A DNA stretch of 63,967 nucleotides, filler included, from Sphacelaria rigidula (GCA_964200075.2; 2 parts of 2 records of this genome joined end to end with filler, not necessarily neighbours in it), one strand, 5' to 3'; positions 1 through 13,500 are shown, counted from the first letter of the whole stretch. Numbers and translations: made by a program. Notes: a model not told the origin generated them from the sequence alone.

Positions 1-39
1 TTCTCATCCTCAATGAAAAGCACCATCCTCAACATAGAT

Positions 40-790
40 GATCGGCTGTTTTTTCCGGGGGGTTTTCTTTTTTCTTTTTTCATTTTTCTTTTTTCGTTTT
101 CTTGGGGGGTTTTGAGGACGAACATTGCTCTTGAGCAATGCTACGGTAGGGGTGCACCTTTTTCGCAATTTTTTGTCTAGTTCAGGGGCTCCCCACGATT
201 CTAGACGCACAAGAATATGGGTCAGGGCATCCCCGTTTGTAGATCCATTCGGGATATATATCCCCAGCACATTGGAATAGCAATCTTGGCTTACTCTCGC
301 ATATTTTCATAAGTCGTGTTTTGGATAAGATATAGGGCTCCTAACAATTTTAACCTCAGAAAATATTTGTGTACCCCTACCGTAGCATTACTCTCTTGGG
401 CCTTAACTCAATTTTTCAGCTCAATTTTTAGAAATGTGATTTGAAACTTGGCATGGAGAACGACAGAGGTATGCTGAGTAAAAAAAAGATGTGCCTTCAT
501 TTATTTATTTGTCATGAGAGGTTCGGGCGTTCTCGTGAAAAAGTCATCGTTACCATACTAAAATGCCCTCAATCAGTGAAAAAATAAAATAAAACCCAAC
601 CTCTCCCGTTTTCTTGGTTCATCACGACCTAGCAAGGTCCCACACAAAGTTTCAACCCGCAAACACCAAACGTGGGCCGATAAACGGCCTGCAAAATACT
701 GTTCTGAATTTCCGCCGCCTCGGTTTTTCAAATGTAAATTCGCAATTTTTTTCAAGTTGGAAAGTGAAATTTGGTATGGACAATCAACAG
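40..790. repeat. Dispersed non-autonomous element segment; inverted copy at ~59480-59945
   Basis: Shared reverse-complement blocks, e.g. ggcctgcaaaatactgttc, ggttcgggcgttctcgt, acgacagaggtatgct, tttggtatggacaat. Confidence 0.75.
133..393. mobile_element. MITE with ~25-bp TIRs (GAGCAATGCTACGGTAGGGGTGCAC) and 4-bp TSD TCTT; Sola2-like
   Basis: TIRs at 133-157 and 369-393; TCTT at 129-132 and 394-397; homologous empty site (single TCTT) on the - strand near 59855-59875. Confidence 0.8.
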
Positions 791-963
791 TGCCTGAAGA
801 AAAGCTGTCTGTGAGGTCCCAACGTTTTTTTTTTTTTTTTGAAATTCGTGAAATAAAGTCACGAAAAAAAATCGTTGGGACCTCACAGACAGCTTTTCTT
901 CATGCACCGTTGATTGTCCATACAAAATTTCATTTTCCAACTCCAAGAAAAAACTGCGAATTC
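738..963. repeat. ~225-bp foldback inverted repeat
   Basis: Arms of ~95 bp (…gtatggacaatcaacagtgcctgaagaaaagctgtctgtgaggtcccaacg / cgttgggacctcacagacagcttttcttcatgcaccgttgattgtccatac…); mirrored ORFs 752-946(-) and 757-990(+). Confidence 0.9.
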
Positions 964-1344
964 GCCTGTGAAGTACAAATCCGCTTGTAGGCTGGCCCAG
1001 CCTGTAGTGTTTTTGCTGTTTTCGCGTTTCGGGTCATTTTCATACCTTTCTCAGCTAATGACGAAAAGGTATACCTTTTCTAGGTCATTTGCTTCTATCT
1101 AAACAAATATGCGGTAAAGACAATTCATCATTGTTGTCTGTCTGTACTGTCTGGACAATGTATGATCGAACGCCTTGTTTGTCGGGCCCACATACCCATA
1201 GAAGGATCAGGAGCTTGCTACTCGCTACCAGCCGATCTACGACTCAGACACCGCTATAGCTACTGCCCTGGATGACGGGCATACTACGGGTGTTGTGTGT
1301 GTGGTGTCGTGCTCGCGCTGCTTGTGATGGGCGTGGCAGCTGTA

Positions 1345-1780
1345 CTTGGAGAAATTCAAATCAATTATCCCGGGTTCACAGATCCGATGGTGTATTCAGC
1401 TCATCCCAGCTCATCGATCGTGCGCAACTCATGCTGGGGGAAACATGTGTGCAGATGCCCTACCCTCCTATAGCTCAAGCTGGGGAAAGCATGGCATATG
1501 TGTAGCTCACGTAGGCCCTATAGCTGCTCCTCAGGGGGACAGGTGAGCTATAGCTCATGTAGCGCCCACAGCTCGCCAGGCTGATAGCTGAGCTAGCTCA
1601 TGTAGCTCCATATAGCTCACTTAGGGCACATAGGTGGAGATGAGCTATCTTCTTATAGCTCAATCAAGCCTGGAAAGCATGTGCAGCTCAGGTAACTCAG
1701 GTCTGCTCAGGCTCATCGGTGAGCTTCCCTGGAAAGAGCTATAGCTCGAACTACAGTGAGCTGATGTTTTCGGGATTTGA
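1345..1780. repeat. Degenerate AGCT-rich repeat related (opposite orientation) to the 38.8-39.4 kb array
   Basis: Dense tagctc/gagcta motifs. Confidence 0.65.
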
Positions 1781-3914
1781 ATATGAAATATTGAACTGTT
1801 GGTTAATATTCATACTTGTGCGCGAAGGAACATACACGCAACTTTGCCCATCGTTGCACGTAACGCAATAGTCTTTTCATGTTACATCATACCTCACTGA
1901 GCTCACTAACGATACTAACAACATGAGGTTTCCGTAAGCTTTGAGCCGTACCTACAACAATTCAAAAAAAGTACCGTACCCGGTCATCATTACGTCGAAC
2001 CAAAGGAATGTTGCACAGGGTAATGAAAATGAAAATACGGCATAAACAGTTCAACAAGGACACCACAGGTACAACCAGAGTCGACCCACAACTCAGAAGA
2101 CGCCGAGCACGCCGCACCTACAATACACGGCCAGTGTACCATGGGCACAGAAGTAGCCGCCTCTACGAAACAATTCACCAAAGCGCATGACGTACAAGCA
2201 ACTACGGGAAGCAACAACAGCAGCAGCGAAGTTGTATTGAAAGTTACTCTCAACACGCGATGTGTTACTGGCGAGGTGACAACTGCAGCGGAGAGAGGTG
2301 CATGGTCATCGGGTGTTCTGGTAGGGACAGTTTAGGGAAGGTTGGGTCGGGACATGCATGGTTTGGTACGATAATTTTGCGGGTAACGCTTGAGGAGACT
2401 CTTGTACGGGTTGCCATGCATTCTCATGTACAGTTTCAGGGGGAAACCAACGTGCTCCATCTAAGCCTGTCGGTACGGTTTGACCCATGTGTTCGTGTTC
2501 ACCCGCCGGGAAGGTAAATGTAGGATGACGTACTATAACACCCCCTAGGTCGTCGAATTTCAGACCGCGTCCTTTGATAACTGCGGAGCCAGTGCAGAGC
2601 CACGCCGAGGAAGGGAAGACGTTACAGAATATTCGTTAGTCATCGTCCTGAAACTAGCTCCTGTTGCAGTGTAGCATCTTAGACCGGAAAGAAATGCAGC
2701 TTATCTTGGCTGGGGTGTCTTTCCCTTCAACAATCCGAACTAGCTCAACCCGCGAGGGAGTGCCAAGAGCATCGCAAGTGTTGAGGTGCTACATACAAGT
2801 CTTCACTCGGGAACAGAACTTGCGGTTAGAATGTCCAAATCATCGCCGAATGGAAGACCTTGGAGTTACCGTGTGCCAGCCATCATGCGGTTTGCAGCGG
2901 TACTTCACGTGCCGTGGTCAGTAGCTATTTGACTGCAACAGGCAGTAAACACACTTACTTTATAAACTTTGGAGTACAGTACCGGAATCCTGTCTTGTAC
3001 TTGCATGTAAACGCCGCTTGCAGCTGCGGGTTGAGTGACAGAAGAGGGGATGGAGGATACAACATAGTTGATGACCGATTGATTGTGGCACGCTCAGTAC
3101 AGACAGTATCCGTACTTTTCGTGTGTGCAGCTGCGTTGCCGCTGTGCGCCTGTAGTCTTCGTGTGCAGCAGTTTTTTTTGTCGACAGGTAACGTCTAGCG
3201 CCCCAAAAAATCTGCTCGCGGTAAACCTCGGGTGGTGCAAAAACTGCGCTCACAGGTCACTGCCAGTCTCCAGCCCCAACTCCACGGCAATGTCCTCTTT
3301 GTATTGTCCTGTTTTTGCCGAAGCCCCCCATGTGGCAGGGATCTGGCGGTGAGGAAGAGGAGAGGGGGGTCGTTCGCACTTTGCTGTGTACTCTGTTATT
3401 CCTACTCTTCACACCCCCTCTGGAGTTCCTTGCGGGTATGAGTATTTTCCATCCACTGTTCTTGCGTTGGGATGCCCACCTTGTGATCACGGTTGTATTC
3501 GGAGCACACCAAATAATGTGCGACAACCAATCGGTCAGGCAGACCTGTCTGTCCTTGGATACGTGCCCTTGGATAGGTCTCCTTGGAGACGCTTACGGTT
3601 TTTTTTTCTCGAGTTTGGGTTACAAGGGCACGCTAGCGCGGCGTGAACTGTACAACTACTGCCCATCTTGTGTTGAACATGTGAGTGTGGGCGTACTTGG
3701 CCGTGAGATAAGACCACGCGATTACTAGTTTTAGACGACTGCAAGGTAGTTTCCAAGGATAAGGGAATAATCTGATTGGTGGTTTTCCACGTGAATTCTG
3801 TCCCCCTAGCTCTTCAATCTGCCGGAAATAATAAGTGAGGAGCGATGCCCGAGAGGAACGCAGTGATCATTTTGAGAGCTGTGATTGGTCAGGATAGTCA
3901 CTTGTTCCCTTAAA

Positions 3915-5400
3915 AAGTGGACTACAGATAGGCGACCTCGACGGCAAGCCGTAACGTGCTGTTTACTCTGCTCGCGGTGTGTGCCGCCGTCCTGCCCCTT
4001 TTCTCACCGCTAATGGTTCACACTGTCTGTAGGCTTGTTGTGGAACACGATCCAGAGGCATCAGCAGCGTACAGTAGACTGTGTTCAATGGAGAGCGATG
4101 GCACGCTGACTGTTTCGCGCCGTTGCATGACATTCAACACACATACTGACTCTGCACGCATTTGACTTAGAGGTAACAACCCGCCGGAGGTTCTTCGGGA
4201 CTCTTTTCTATATGAATGCCCAACATCCACACCTGCATGAAGAAAGACGTTTTGTGTAGCGAGGTAACAGCTGTTCCTATCCCCAAGTGTGGCTTAGTCC
4301 ATCTGAGTCCGTCCGAGGGGAGTTCGCAGTCTGAAGGTTGAAAAACGGAAAGACAAAATGGTTGATGCACGTCAGATACCTAGGGTTTCTGAAAATACTG
4401 CATCACTGCCTTACGAAGGTAAAGCTGGTCCAGCCATTCCTTGTTCGGACCTGCAACGTCAACTGATTCGATTACTTCGTCACAAAAGCAAAAATCACTC
4501 CCGCTATTACCTCTGCAAACCAATATGAAGCGTTCGACTACAAAGCGCTCCGGTTGGGTTCATGTGCGGTATGGCGGTCCACGACCTTGGCATGTGGGCG
4601 TTTGCGCATCGTTACTTCTACTATGAATACCTCAACTTGTTCCTGTCCACAGGGTCAACCCTTAGACAGCGAGCGTTGCCTCGGAACAGTTTAACAGGCT
4701 TACAGTCCGGAGACATTCGGGGGGTTTTCCAGTGGCTGGGGGGTAGTAGGGGGAGGGGGGGTGTCTGTCTGTCTGCACAGCAGCCGAAAAACCCACCACG
4801 TCAGCCATGTGTGGAAGTTTTCCGCGGAAGATTCTAAGCCAGGAACGAGACTCGAGAGGCGCTGAATGACCATTCTGACCAATCACGGTCGTTAAGATGA
4901 ACACCTAATTCCCCTACACGTGGACTACTTCGGTGTTTACTGGCATATTTCGCTTTGTTCAGGGCAATTCAGCCATAGATCACATGGGTACGAATAACTT
5001 GTGTCGTACTCTGCTTGAAGTCTGTGCCGCCTGTCTGACGCCTCATGTGTTGCCAACATAGCTTCACGCTGTATGTAGTGTTGTAGTTGAACGCTAAGCA
5101 GAGGCATCAGCAGCATTGCAGTAAATTGTGTCTAGTCGAGAGCGATGGCTCTCACTCATACTACCCCTTGCCGTTGAATCCAGCGAAGACATACAGCACA
5201 CATACATAAGATTCTGCACGCATGTGACCGCAGGATCAAAACCGGTCAGGGGTTCTCCGGGACTAATTTCTGTACAGATGCCAAATATCCGCATGATCAT
5301 GAACAAGGCGTTTTGTGTAGCGAGAAAAGAGCTGTTCTGAGCCCCAAATGTGGCATAGTCTAACTCAGTCCCCCTGCGAGGGGGTCGCTGTCTGAGGGTT
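3915..5400 (+). repeat. Diverged direct repeat pair (~3915-4340 and ~4920-5400)
   Basis: Collinear shared blocks gtggactac, tactctgct, agaggcatcagcagc, gagagcgatggc, ctgcacgcat, gttttgtgtagcgag. Confidence 0.75.
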
Positions 5401-7444
5401 AAGCCCCCTCGTCCATGCTGCCGTCGTTGCTGTCTACCACTGAGCAGGTAACCTCAAAGCGGGAGTGGTCAGTGAAGCAGCTAGCCGCGTGTGCCGAAGG
5501 AAGAATCAAAGATGCATTCGGCCTCGCAGTTGCAACGGCCCTGGTTCTATGCCCGACCCGCGATACAGCCGCCCCCTTCTACGAACCAGCTGCCGATTTC
5601 TTCGGGCACGAGGTGAAGATTTGCCGTTCGTCTTTTTCGAGGGTCTCGGTATTCTTGCCTTGCCAAGCCCTCGTGAGAATAGATTCTCTCTCGGAATGTT
5701 CATGCCCGCCGGACACATTGCAGGACCACCGCGATCGCGCGTCCGTTCGAACGGTCGCGAACGCATGCGTACCCCCGTACACAGTAAAGTACGAATCCGC
5801 TAACCGGACCCCTAGCATCGGCATTGGCCCGAACAGTCATCTCCTGGGGCGGGTGCGGAGAAACGTGTACACTAAAATTAGCATGGAATCTCGTGGACGC
5901 CTCGTTACAAAGTACGTTTCACGCTCGTGAGTTCGAAATATTCTATACATATATATATATTACATGTGGAACAAATGCCCGGAGTATGTCGCCCGCCAGA
6001 GCAGAATTGCAAGTTGACCCTGACTAAGCCGGAGCCTCCGAACAGCTAGGGGGCTTGTTCGGGGGCTGGTCGTTTCTGAAACGTTGGCCACAAAAAGGGA
6101 AGATGACGCAATTGTCGTACGTTGGTGTGGGAAGAAGAGTGACACCGAGTCGATGCCACTTCGCATGAGCCATTTTGACATACCCTACTGTACATATCTT
6201 TGCGTTTTGGTCCCTAGCTCGAGTCACTAGTGGTTTACGGATTTATTGTTTGTCGTGCAAAGTTCCTGAGTACAGTAATGTGATCTACCCGTCCCTCCTT
6301 GTCGACAGACCCTGTACGAAGGGCAAATCGCCAAGACAGGAAATTTCTCGGACAGGTTTTCCTTTCCAACCTTATAAGCGAAGTACGGGGCTGCCTGGCA
6401 TTTCGTATTATGTCTTGATCGATACGTGACAACCAAGGCGTGCCCTCGTTTTGTCCAATATTCAGTCAGTCATCCAGCCATCCGGGCGCAAAATCATCGT
6501 ATGTAGAGCATAGAGTCGTTCGAAGGGGAAAAAAAACGGCGAAAAAAAAAAGATACTCAAGTTTGTTCACCAAGGAGGCATGTGTCGTGGCGGGTAACAG
6601 CCACAAACTGTTCGGCTTTCCCCCAGTTATCGCGGTTTTGCTCCGGTCATTTTTTGCCCTAGCCTGTGCACTTTCAAACGCCTTTGCATTTTTTATAGAT
6701 GATGACAAAAATTGTGAATTCACGAATCAGCCGGCACACACTTGACACCCCTTTGGTCAGGGCAAACTGTAGCGCGTAATAGGGAGGGTTAAACGTGTCC
6801 TTGATTTGGTGTTGACCACCACCAACCGACCTATAGTTCTCAATCACAAGTATTATACAACTGCAAACGTCCACATCGCACGATCTGAAAGTCAGATTCT
6901 GCATATAGTTCGGTTATTTCCAATAAAGTTACCCCTACGAGATTGCTTCGAGAACCTAATCTGACCGACAGAAATATCTCGAGTGCGAACACCCTGTTTA
7001 GAGGTGCTCGCTTTGAGACATTCGCCACGATGAAAACTCAATATTCGGGAAAAGCAAAACGTACATCGTCGGGTAACGGCAAGCCGCAGCTTCCCGGCGA
7101 TACTTGCCGTGCCTTCATTGTCATCGCATTTATGCCATATGGTACCTCCAGCCGGATCATTAGGTTGGTTCTAAACGCAGCATGATCACGAAAGAAGATA
7201 CCAGAACAGCAGCCTTTTTTTTCAAAAAATTTCCACGCCTGCCTCTTCTGTTACTCCGTGCTACAAATGATTGTACTGTGGAGCTTCCCCGCTGCTGCCA
7301 TATCCTTACAGTGGCAGCTCTTGTTCGACCATTCGCTTTGGTCACTTGGTCACACGAGTGTTTTCCGTGCAGTTGTATTTTCCCCCGAGTATTCTTCACC
7401 GGAGGATGACGTTAACCACAGTTACTCTTCCGTTCATTTTCCAG

Positions 7445-7540
7445 GACTGCGTGGAGTTGGTCGGAGATGTTTCTCGCGTCCATGCGACTTCTGAAGGTAC
7501 ACCGAACGCGAAGGCCGGCGGCGTGCGAGCCTCGCAAAAG
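7445..7540 (+). CDS. COG0523 gene exon (N-terminal leader DCVELVG...ASQK)
   Basis: ttttccag| acceptor and AAG|gtgagg donor; 96 nt; gives the typical K-VPVT junction. Confidence 0.7.
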
Positions 7541-10500
7541 GTGAGGAACGCCATCTCCTGTAGCATATTAAACTGCAGGTACTGTAAAGAGTTCCGTTTT
7601 GCGCCGACGGTGGTATTCAATCCGCAGCACTGCTTTTTGTTGTCCATTGATGTCTAATTTCGGAAACACGGTAACAAGAGATTCTCAAAGTGCGATGACG
7701 AGATTACGAATGGTAAAAGAGCCGAAAAATTCAGCGTGCTCAGTAAGAAGTCTAACAATACCTCGGAAAGGGGTGGACCATGGCCATAGGTCAAAACGGA
7801 CGAATCTTGGGCTTGTAAGTAGGGGTACTCAGTAAGTATGGGTGCCGGATACATGCGGAGAGGAAGAGGCAGTGATTGTAGTACGTCCCAAGTACAGCGA
7901 GGTTGTCCTCTTGCTCCGCTGAAGCGGGAAGGAGCGTTGTCCTGACCCTCAGGACGAATCCGATGCGGTGGAGAACGCTAGCAGGCCATGTTTTTTCTTG
8001 ACGAACACGCGCCCTTTTGCTTCCGCTTGACTGTCAGTTCAGGACGACGCCATACCGCCCTTGTTCGGTCTTCGACTGTCTCAAGGTTCTGGTGCGATTA
8101 CTAATGACCAATCAAACTTCGCGCAGGTACCTGTGACGATCCTGACGGGCTTCCTGGGTGCGGGTAAGACGACGATGCTCAACCATCTGCTTCACGTTCA
8201 GCGAGAGAAGAGAATCGCAGTGATCGAGAACGAATTCGGGGAGGTGAGAACCGAATGCCGCCTATGCCTTGGCCCTGTCAGGACTTGATCTGAGACGCCT
8301 CGCCACTTTGTTCCGGCCCGGATATGGAGGACTGCAGCGGCATGATGAACTGGGCCGCTCAACTTATCTCTCAAATCCGTTTTATTTTGGCTGCGCTGAT
8401 CGAGTAACAGATGGCATGGATGTCCTTGTTGATGGCCCCCAACCCCTGATACGATGGAATCATGTCGATGAGACCGTGGTTTGTATTGCACGACGCGCAG
8501 CTTCAAAGACAAGGGTTGGCATCGTGGAGGATCTGGAATGGAAACAGATGGTCGTTGGCAGGCAGTCTATCTGTGTCATTGGCCGAATGCTTTCATTGCC
8601 TCCATGGCTTTTACTCGATGCTGTCGACGGGTGTGGCTATATTCATTCTCCCGGCCTCGAGTTTTTCATAGGTCTGGTGAAAGAGGGGAGCTCAAGATCA
8701 TCGTGATGCGAGTCTGGTGTGCTGTGTTCACGCAACTGGTGACTAGTGGAAAGGAGTACCCTGACAACAATCCAGTCCGACGAGCACACCGTGAGACTGT
8801 TTCAGCAGCACTCGCGATCTGGTGCGTTTAGGCACCTGTACCACTGTCACAACAATATTGCCGCATTTCGTGGAGCCCAAAGATATCATGAGATTTGTCC
8901 TCTTGATCGCGACTATCACCTTGTCATCGAGAGCCAGGCACGAACGGAGCTGTCTGTTCTTTACCACTTGTTCATTTATTATGGTCCACTCTGTGAATCA
9001 ACCGGGGTTTTTTTCGGTGTATGCTACAATCTCAAGCTAAGCACAAGGTGCAAGAGCCGCGACTTCCCCCTACAATCCATCGTTTACCGGCCTCTCGTCC
9101 ACGACTCCTGCACAACTTTCCACACATTTGTCCAGCATTTTCATCCGGTGTTGAGAGGAGAAAGCTCTACGCCGTGGTTCTCGCCTCTGCTTTTTGCTTC
9201 CGCCATCATTTTAGACGATCAAAACACGCTGGTTCCTATCACCACTCAGGCGAAGACCACGGTGAGACTGTCAGCAACTTTGTGCTCGGATTCCCTATTC
9301 GCCGTCGCGACCGCTGTAAAATGTTGGCACTAGAGTTCGGTATTGGGTCTGAAACTGGCCCCATCTCGCATAAGAAATATCATATCCGGATATTTGGACT
9401 ATCTTATGCGTATCCGAGATCACACCCGATATCCCTCCAGATATCTCTGGATATAAGGACGATTCGTTCAGATTACACATATTTACTCGAAGGGTGTGAT
9501 ATACTCATGTGCTTCATGTGTGTGTAACCAGTGACAAGTTACGTGTATCATCACTCATACAGGTATGCATGTGCCGGGCATACTACGTAGAGTCACACAC
9601 GACAGCGCTAGAGGGACGATGCGCCCAAACGCTCAAACGCCAAGAAGCAGAGCAAACAAGTAGAAACGAGACACGCCTTCAAGTGACGGTAGTTGGTGTT
9701 GTTGTAATTTTTTCTTCTGTTATCATATTTGTTGGCGCCTACCGCGCCAAATAGTCGTCTTTCTCACGGTAACCGATAAGCCTGTCAAACAACAATTTTA
9801 ATCCATGCGTCTACCTACAACGCTCCCATTGTCTCCGTGTTGCCATCCCGACTAACGATGCAAAATTTTGTCACAATTCCCGTAATCTCCATCCTCCACA
9901 CCACAAAGGACTATGAACTAGGCGGGCGTAAATCTTCTATAAACTACCACTGCTTCATCACTGCATTCTACCATTAAACCAATAACACAGCGCAAGCACA
10001 AGAGAACCAAATGAAATTGGCTTGGATAATGTGATACCTTGGTCTACCGCCAAGCTACCGCAAAGAAAGAAGTATGCATCGCACACCGCATACGTTCCAC
10101 AACCTGAAAAATGCCTGACAACTCAAAATGTGACTGCATTAGCAAGTACAAAGTTCCACATGTGCTGGTTGGAGTGTAGGAAGAAGAGGTTTTTGGCATC
10201 GTCTGCAACCGGCCTCTTGTGCTTGTCAGTGAGGGTTAACCCCGCCACCGAAAACAGGCGTTCCGTGTCAGTGAGGGTTAGCCCCTCACCAGGGATCTGG
10301 CGTCTGGAGACGACATGATATGGCGTATTCTAGTATTCAAGAAGTCATATCGCGTGATATCCGCGTCTAAATCCTACATTTATTGGGTATATCGCATATA
10401 TTTGGGCAATATATATCATATCTGGAATATCTATGCGAGAATATGCGGATATAGTGAGTAATTTTGGGGGATGTTTTCTCGCATAAGATTGGCCGAAACA

Positions 10501-13500
10501 TCTTCAAGTTAGGCCCCAAAAAACACGCTTAGAATATATAAATATCCTGGGCGTATTGGGGACAAAATATTTTCGACCCAATACCCAATACCAAACTCTA
10601 GTTGGCACGGCTTCAAGTTTCGGTCCCGCTTGAAACTGGGGTCCTGGCCAACCAGGCGCAGAAACAGGTCAACACTGCTGAACGCACGTGAACATGTTAG
10701 TATCAGTTCAAATGCCTGTAGTAATTTAACTTCGGTTTCTGTCCAAGTCGACCCCTGGTACGAATGCTAGCCGTGGGAAGCGAAGTCGGATCGCTCCAAT
10801 ACCTTCCGGAGCTCCTCGATGTTTGTGAGGGACATGCTTATCCTGTCGACGCCAATAGGTGCCAGGGCTTTCGCGATATCGACCAGGAACGTCACTTGCA
10901 AGCCTTACCGTCCTATTGTAAGGCAGTGGCAAATGATTACCATGCTCCTCTTCTCCATGCAGAGTATGGTTATGGCGCCAGCAGGAGCAGCATACGGGGG
11001 CTCAAATCTTGGTCCCGTGCTTGTCTGATTGTTGATGCAGTACGGCTTGTTGTTTCCCCGATTCCTCGATTTCTCGTTGGCTGCTTTACAAGAATCCTGC
11101 CACCGCGGCGTCGAGGCGTTTTCCATGCTTGGTTGGCGGGAAACGCTGTGAAGACAGTGCTGCCAGGCTATGCTTTTGCGACCAACACTCGCACAAGAGG
11201 GAAAGCGCACGAGTACTGATCAACACTGATCAACCGTCACGCTAGGACGCGGCGAGCATGTATCAGAGGCGGCCGCGACGCGTCATCGCCCTCCATGTTG
11301 CCACTGTGTTACACGTTGAAAATAAAAAGCATGAATGTGTGGATCTTTGTTTCACCCAAAAACAACTTTGTGCACTCACACGTGGTGTAACTGGGATCAC
11401 AAATAGATGGACGCACGTCGAAACCATGTTTTCCCTCCCGAGGTGTCGACCATGGTCGGCTCAGGTGCTGCTGGCTTTCACTACTGCCACCCGGGTCTCG
11501 GTAAGCAGGGCACCCCCGTGCTTCCATGCACGCTGGTCTATGGGGTACGAAATGGTCACACGAAGCGGTTGACAGGGTTACGTGTGTCGTCGGTAAAGAG
11601 TCGCCGTTAGCTGCGACGGCTTCTCTGGTTCTGTCCGCCGACGTAACCGTCTGTCGTGGCATTGCGATCGTGACCAACCTCGGTGTTCTTTCAGCCGGAA
11701 CAGCCAAAATATTATCGTGTTAGGGTTTGTATCGCACCCACCGCAGACTAAATCTGAACCCTTCTCCTCGTCGATGATGTTGAAATATCGGGGCTGGACG
11801 CGACCGCTGCGCGCACCAAGCGAGGGCCATCCATGCAACATGCTCTGAATATCGTTGTTCCACTACTGTGCAGGCACTGCTCGAGGCAGTATCAATGTTT
11901 GCGGAAGAGGCAGGTGAGTTGTTTATCTCCTGCTCGTTCACATCCTGACATCCATCTCGTATCACGGGATTTTAGTAAGGTTTGAGCAGTCTGGGACGCG
12001 CACAGCAACGAAGTTGGACTAAGCCTCGACAACTGTGCAGCCTTGGCATATGGTACTGCCTTTAATGACGGGGGATAACACCAGGTACAGCGTAGCCCTC
12101 CCCCCTCCCCCGGTCTCTATTAGGAGTAGGAACGGTGCTCCGTCTCGAAAGGGATGCGTGGTCAATGGTCAAATGACTAAGGCAAGCAACAAATGAGTAC
12201 GCCCCCCCCCTCCCCCGGTCGCCCACACTGAGACATCCAGTAGGCAGTGTGTATGCCGTGGCTGTCTCTAAAAGTGGCGATACCAGGAAATGAAGTGAGT
12301 CATTGTAGGCTGTCATCCAAATGCAAGATGGTCAGTAGGCTTCGGGCCGTACAATGTCGGCAGGATGCAGCTCATCCATCATGCGTCTCGCCGAACACAT
12401 CACGGCGCTTCGCGCTTGGTGATTGAGTGCGAGCCTGGTCCGGCGAAAACCCGGTGTGCTCCATTCCGGCGTTGTAGGAATGCGTGGTCAATGCTCATAT
12501 GACTATTGCATGCAAGATCATGAGTACACCCCCCGGCCGCCCTGACGTTCACGCACGGTGATGAGTTTGGGCTTAACCTCTGTAGTTGCACAGCCTTGGC
12601 ATTTGCTACTGTCTTTGATTATGGAGTAGGGCGCCCGGCCACACCAGAAATAGTCCCACAACACAAGAGCTTCCTCACCCGCAAGATCACGTTCGTGACC
12701 ATGCACTGCAGACTGCCGTCTGTAGACTAACGATCAATGGTGTATTGGGTAGGAATTAGGGTATTTCGAAAATCGTATTCAAAGATCCCGAAGTACTTGA
12801 GTAGAGTAGTGAGATCGTATTCAACAATACTCGGATAATGGGTAGAGCATTGCCACCATACGCAACTCTACCCGTTATTTGAGTAGAGGTTGGAGATCGG
12901 GCCATCGCAACGCGAAATCCGGCAGAGTAAATACCAGGGTGTTTACCCTACCCAACACACGCTTGAACGATTTGTTGCGGGCATGGACGGTACTACAGCG
13001 CTGTGCTCGGCGGGTGTCGGTGTGGGTGACCCGTGTCTTCGTCGCTGTGCAGCAGCCTAATTTGCCAAGCAGTTGCAGGACTCCTGGCGCTGAAGCGACA
13101 CAGCCAAATGCAAAAAGTGCCGGACGGATGTATCCCCTCCACTTCCTTGCTCCGTTCCGTAGTACATCGGTTTTCGGGGGCTTTGTCCTGGCTATTTGTA
13201 ATCGTACATACTGAATTTCGGCGGTTGGTCTATGTTGAGCTGAAATAGTTCTCCCGGCCGGCTGTATCGCCTTAGAATGTCGGGTCGTCGGTTTCATTAC
13301 CTTCGTTAACTGGTGGTTCTGCTCAGTACATATTGTTGGCGATATTTGACGCAACCAGTACGAAGCATGTACAGCTGACCCCATAGCACCAACTTATGCA
13401 CCGGAGCAGTGCGCTAAACGCAACTGATGTCCGGGGTGTAAAGCGTGGCACTTGATAAGTCATACTCAAGAGTGCCATCTTGAAAGAATTGATTATGTTG

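Noticed and set aside
2690-3700. Possible transposase or integrase remnants on the - strand
   Set aside because: Only isolated short motifs (e.g. IVEGKD); too degraded to support a call.
5415-5447. Candidate first exon of the COG0523 gene (MLPSLLSTTEQ|gtaacc)
   Set aside because: Phase is compatible, but it abuts a repeat and has no homology support; the start codon remains unresolved.
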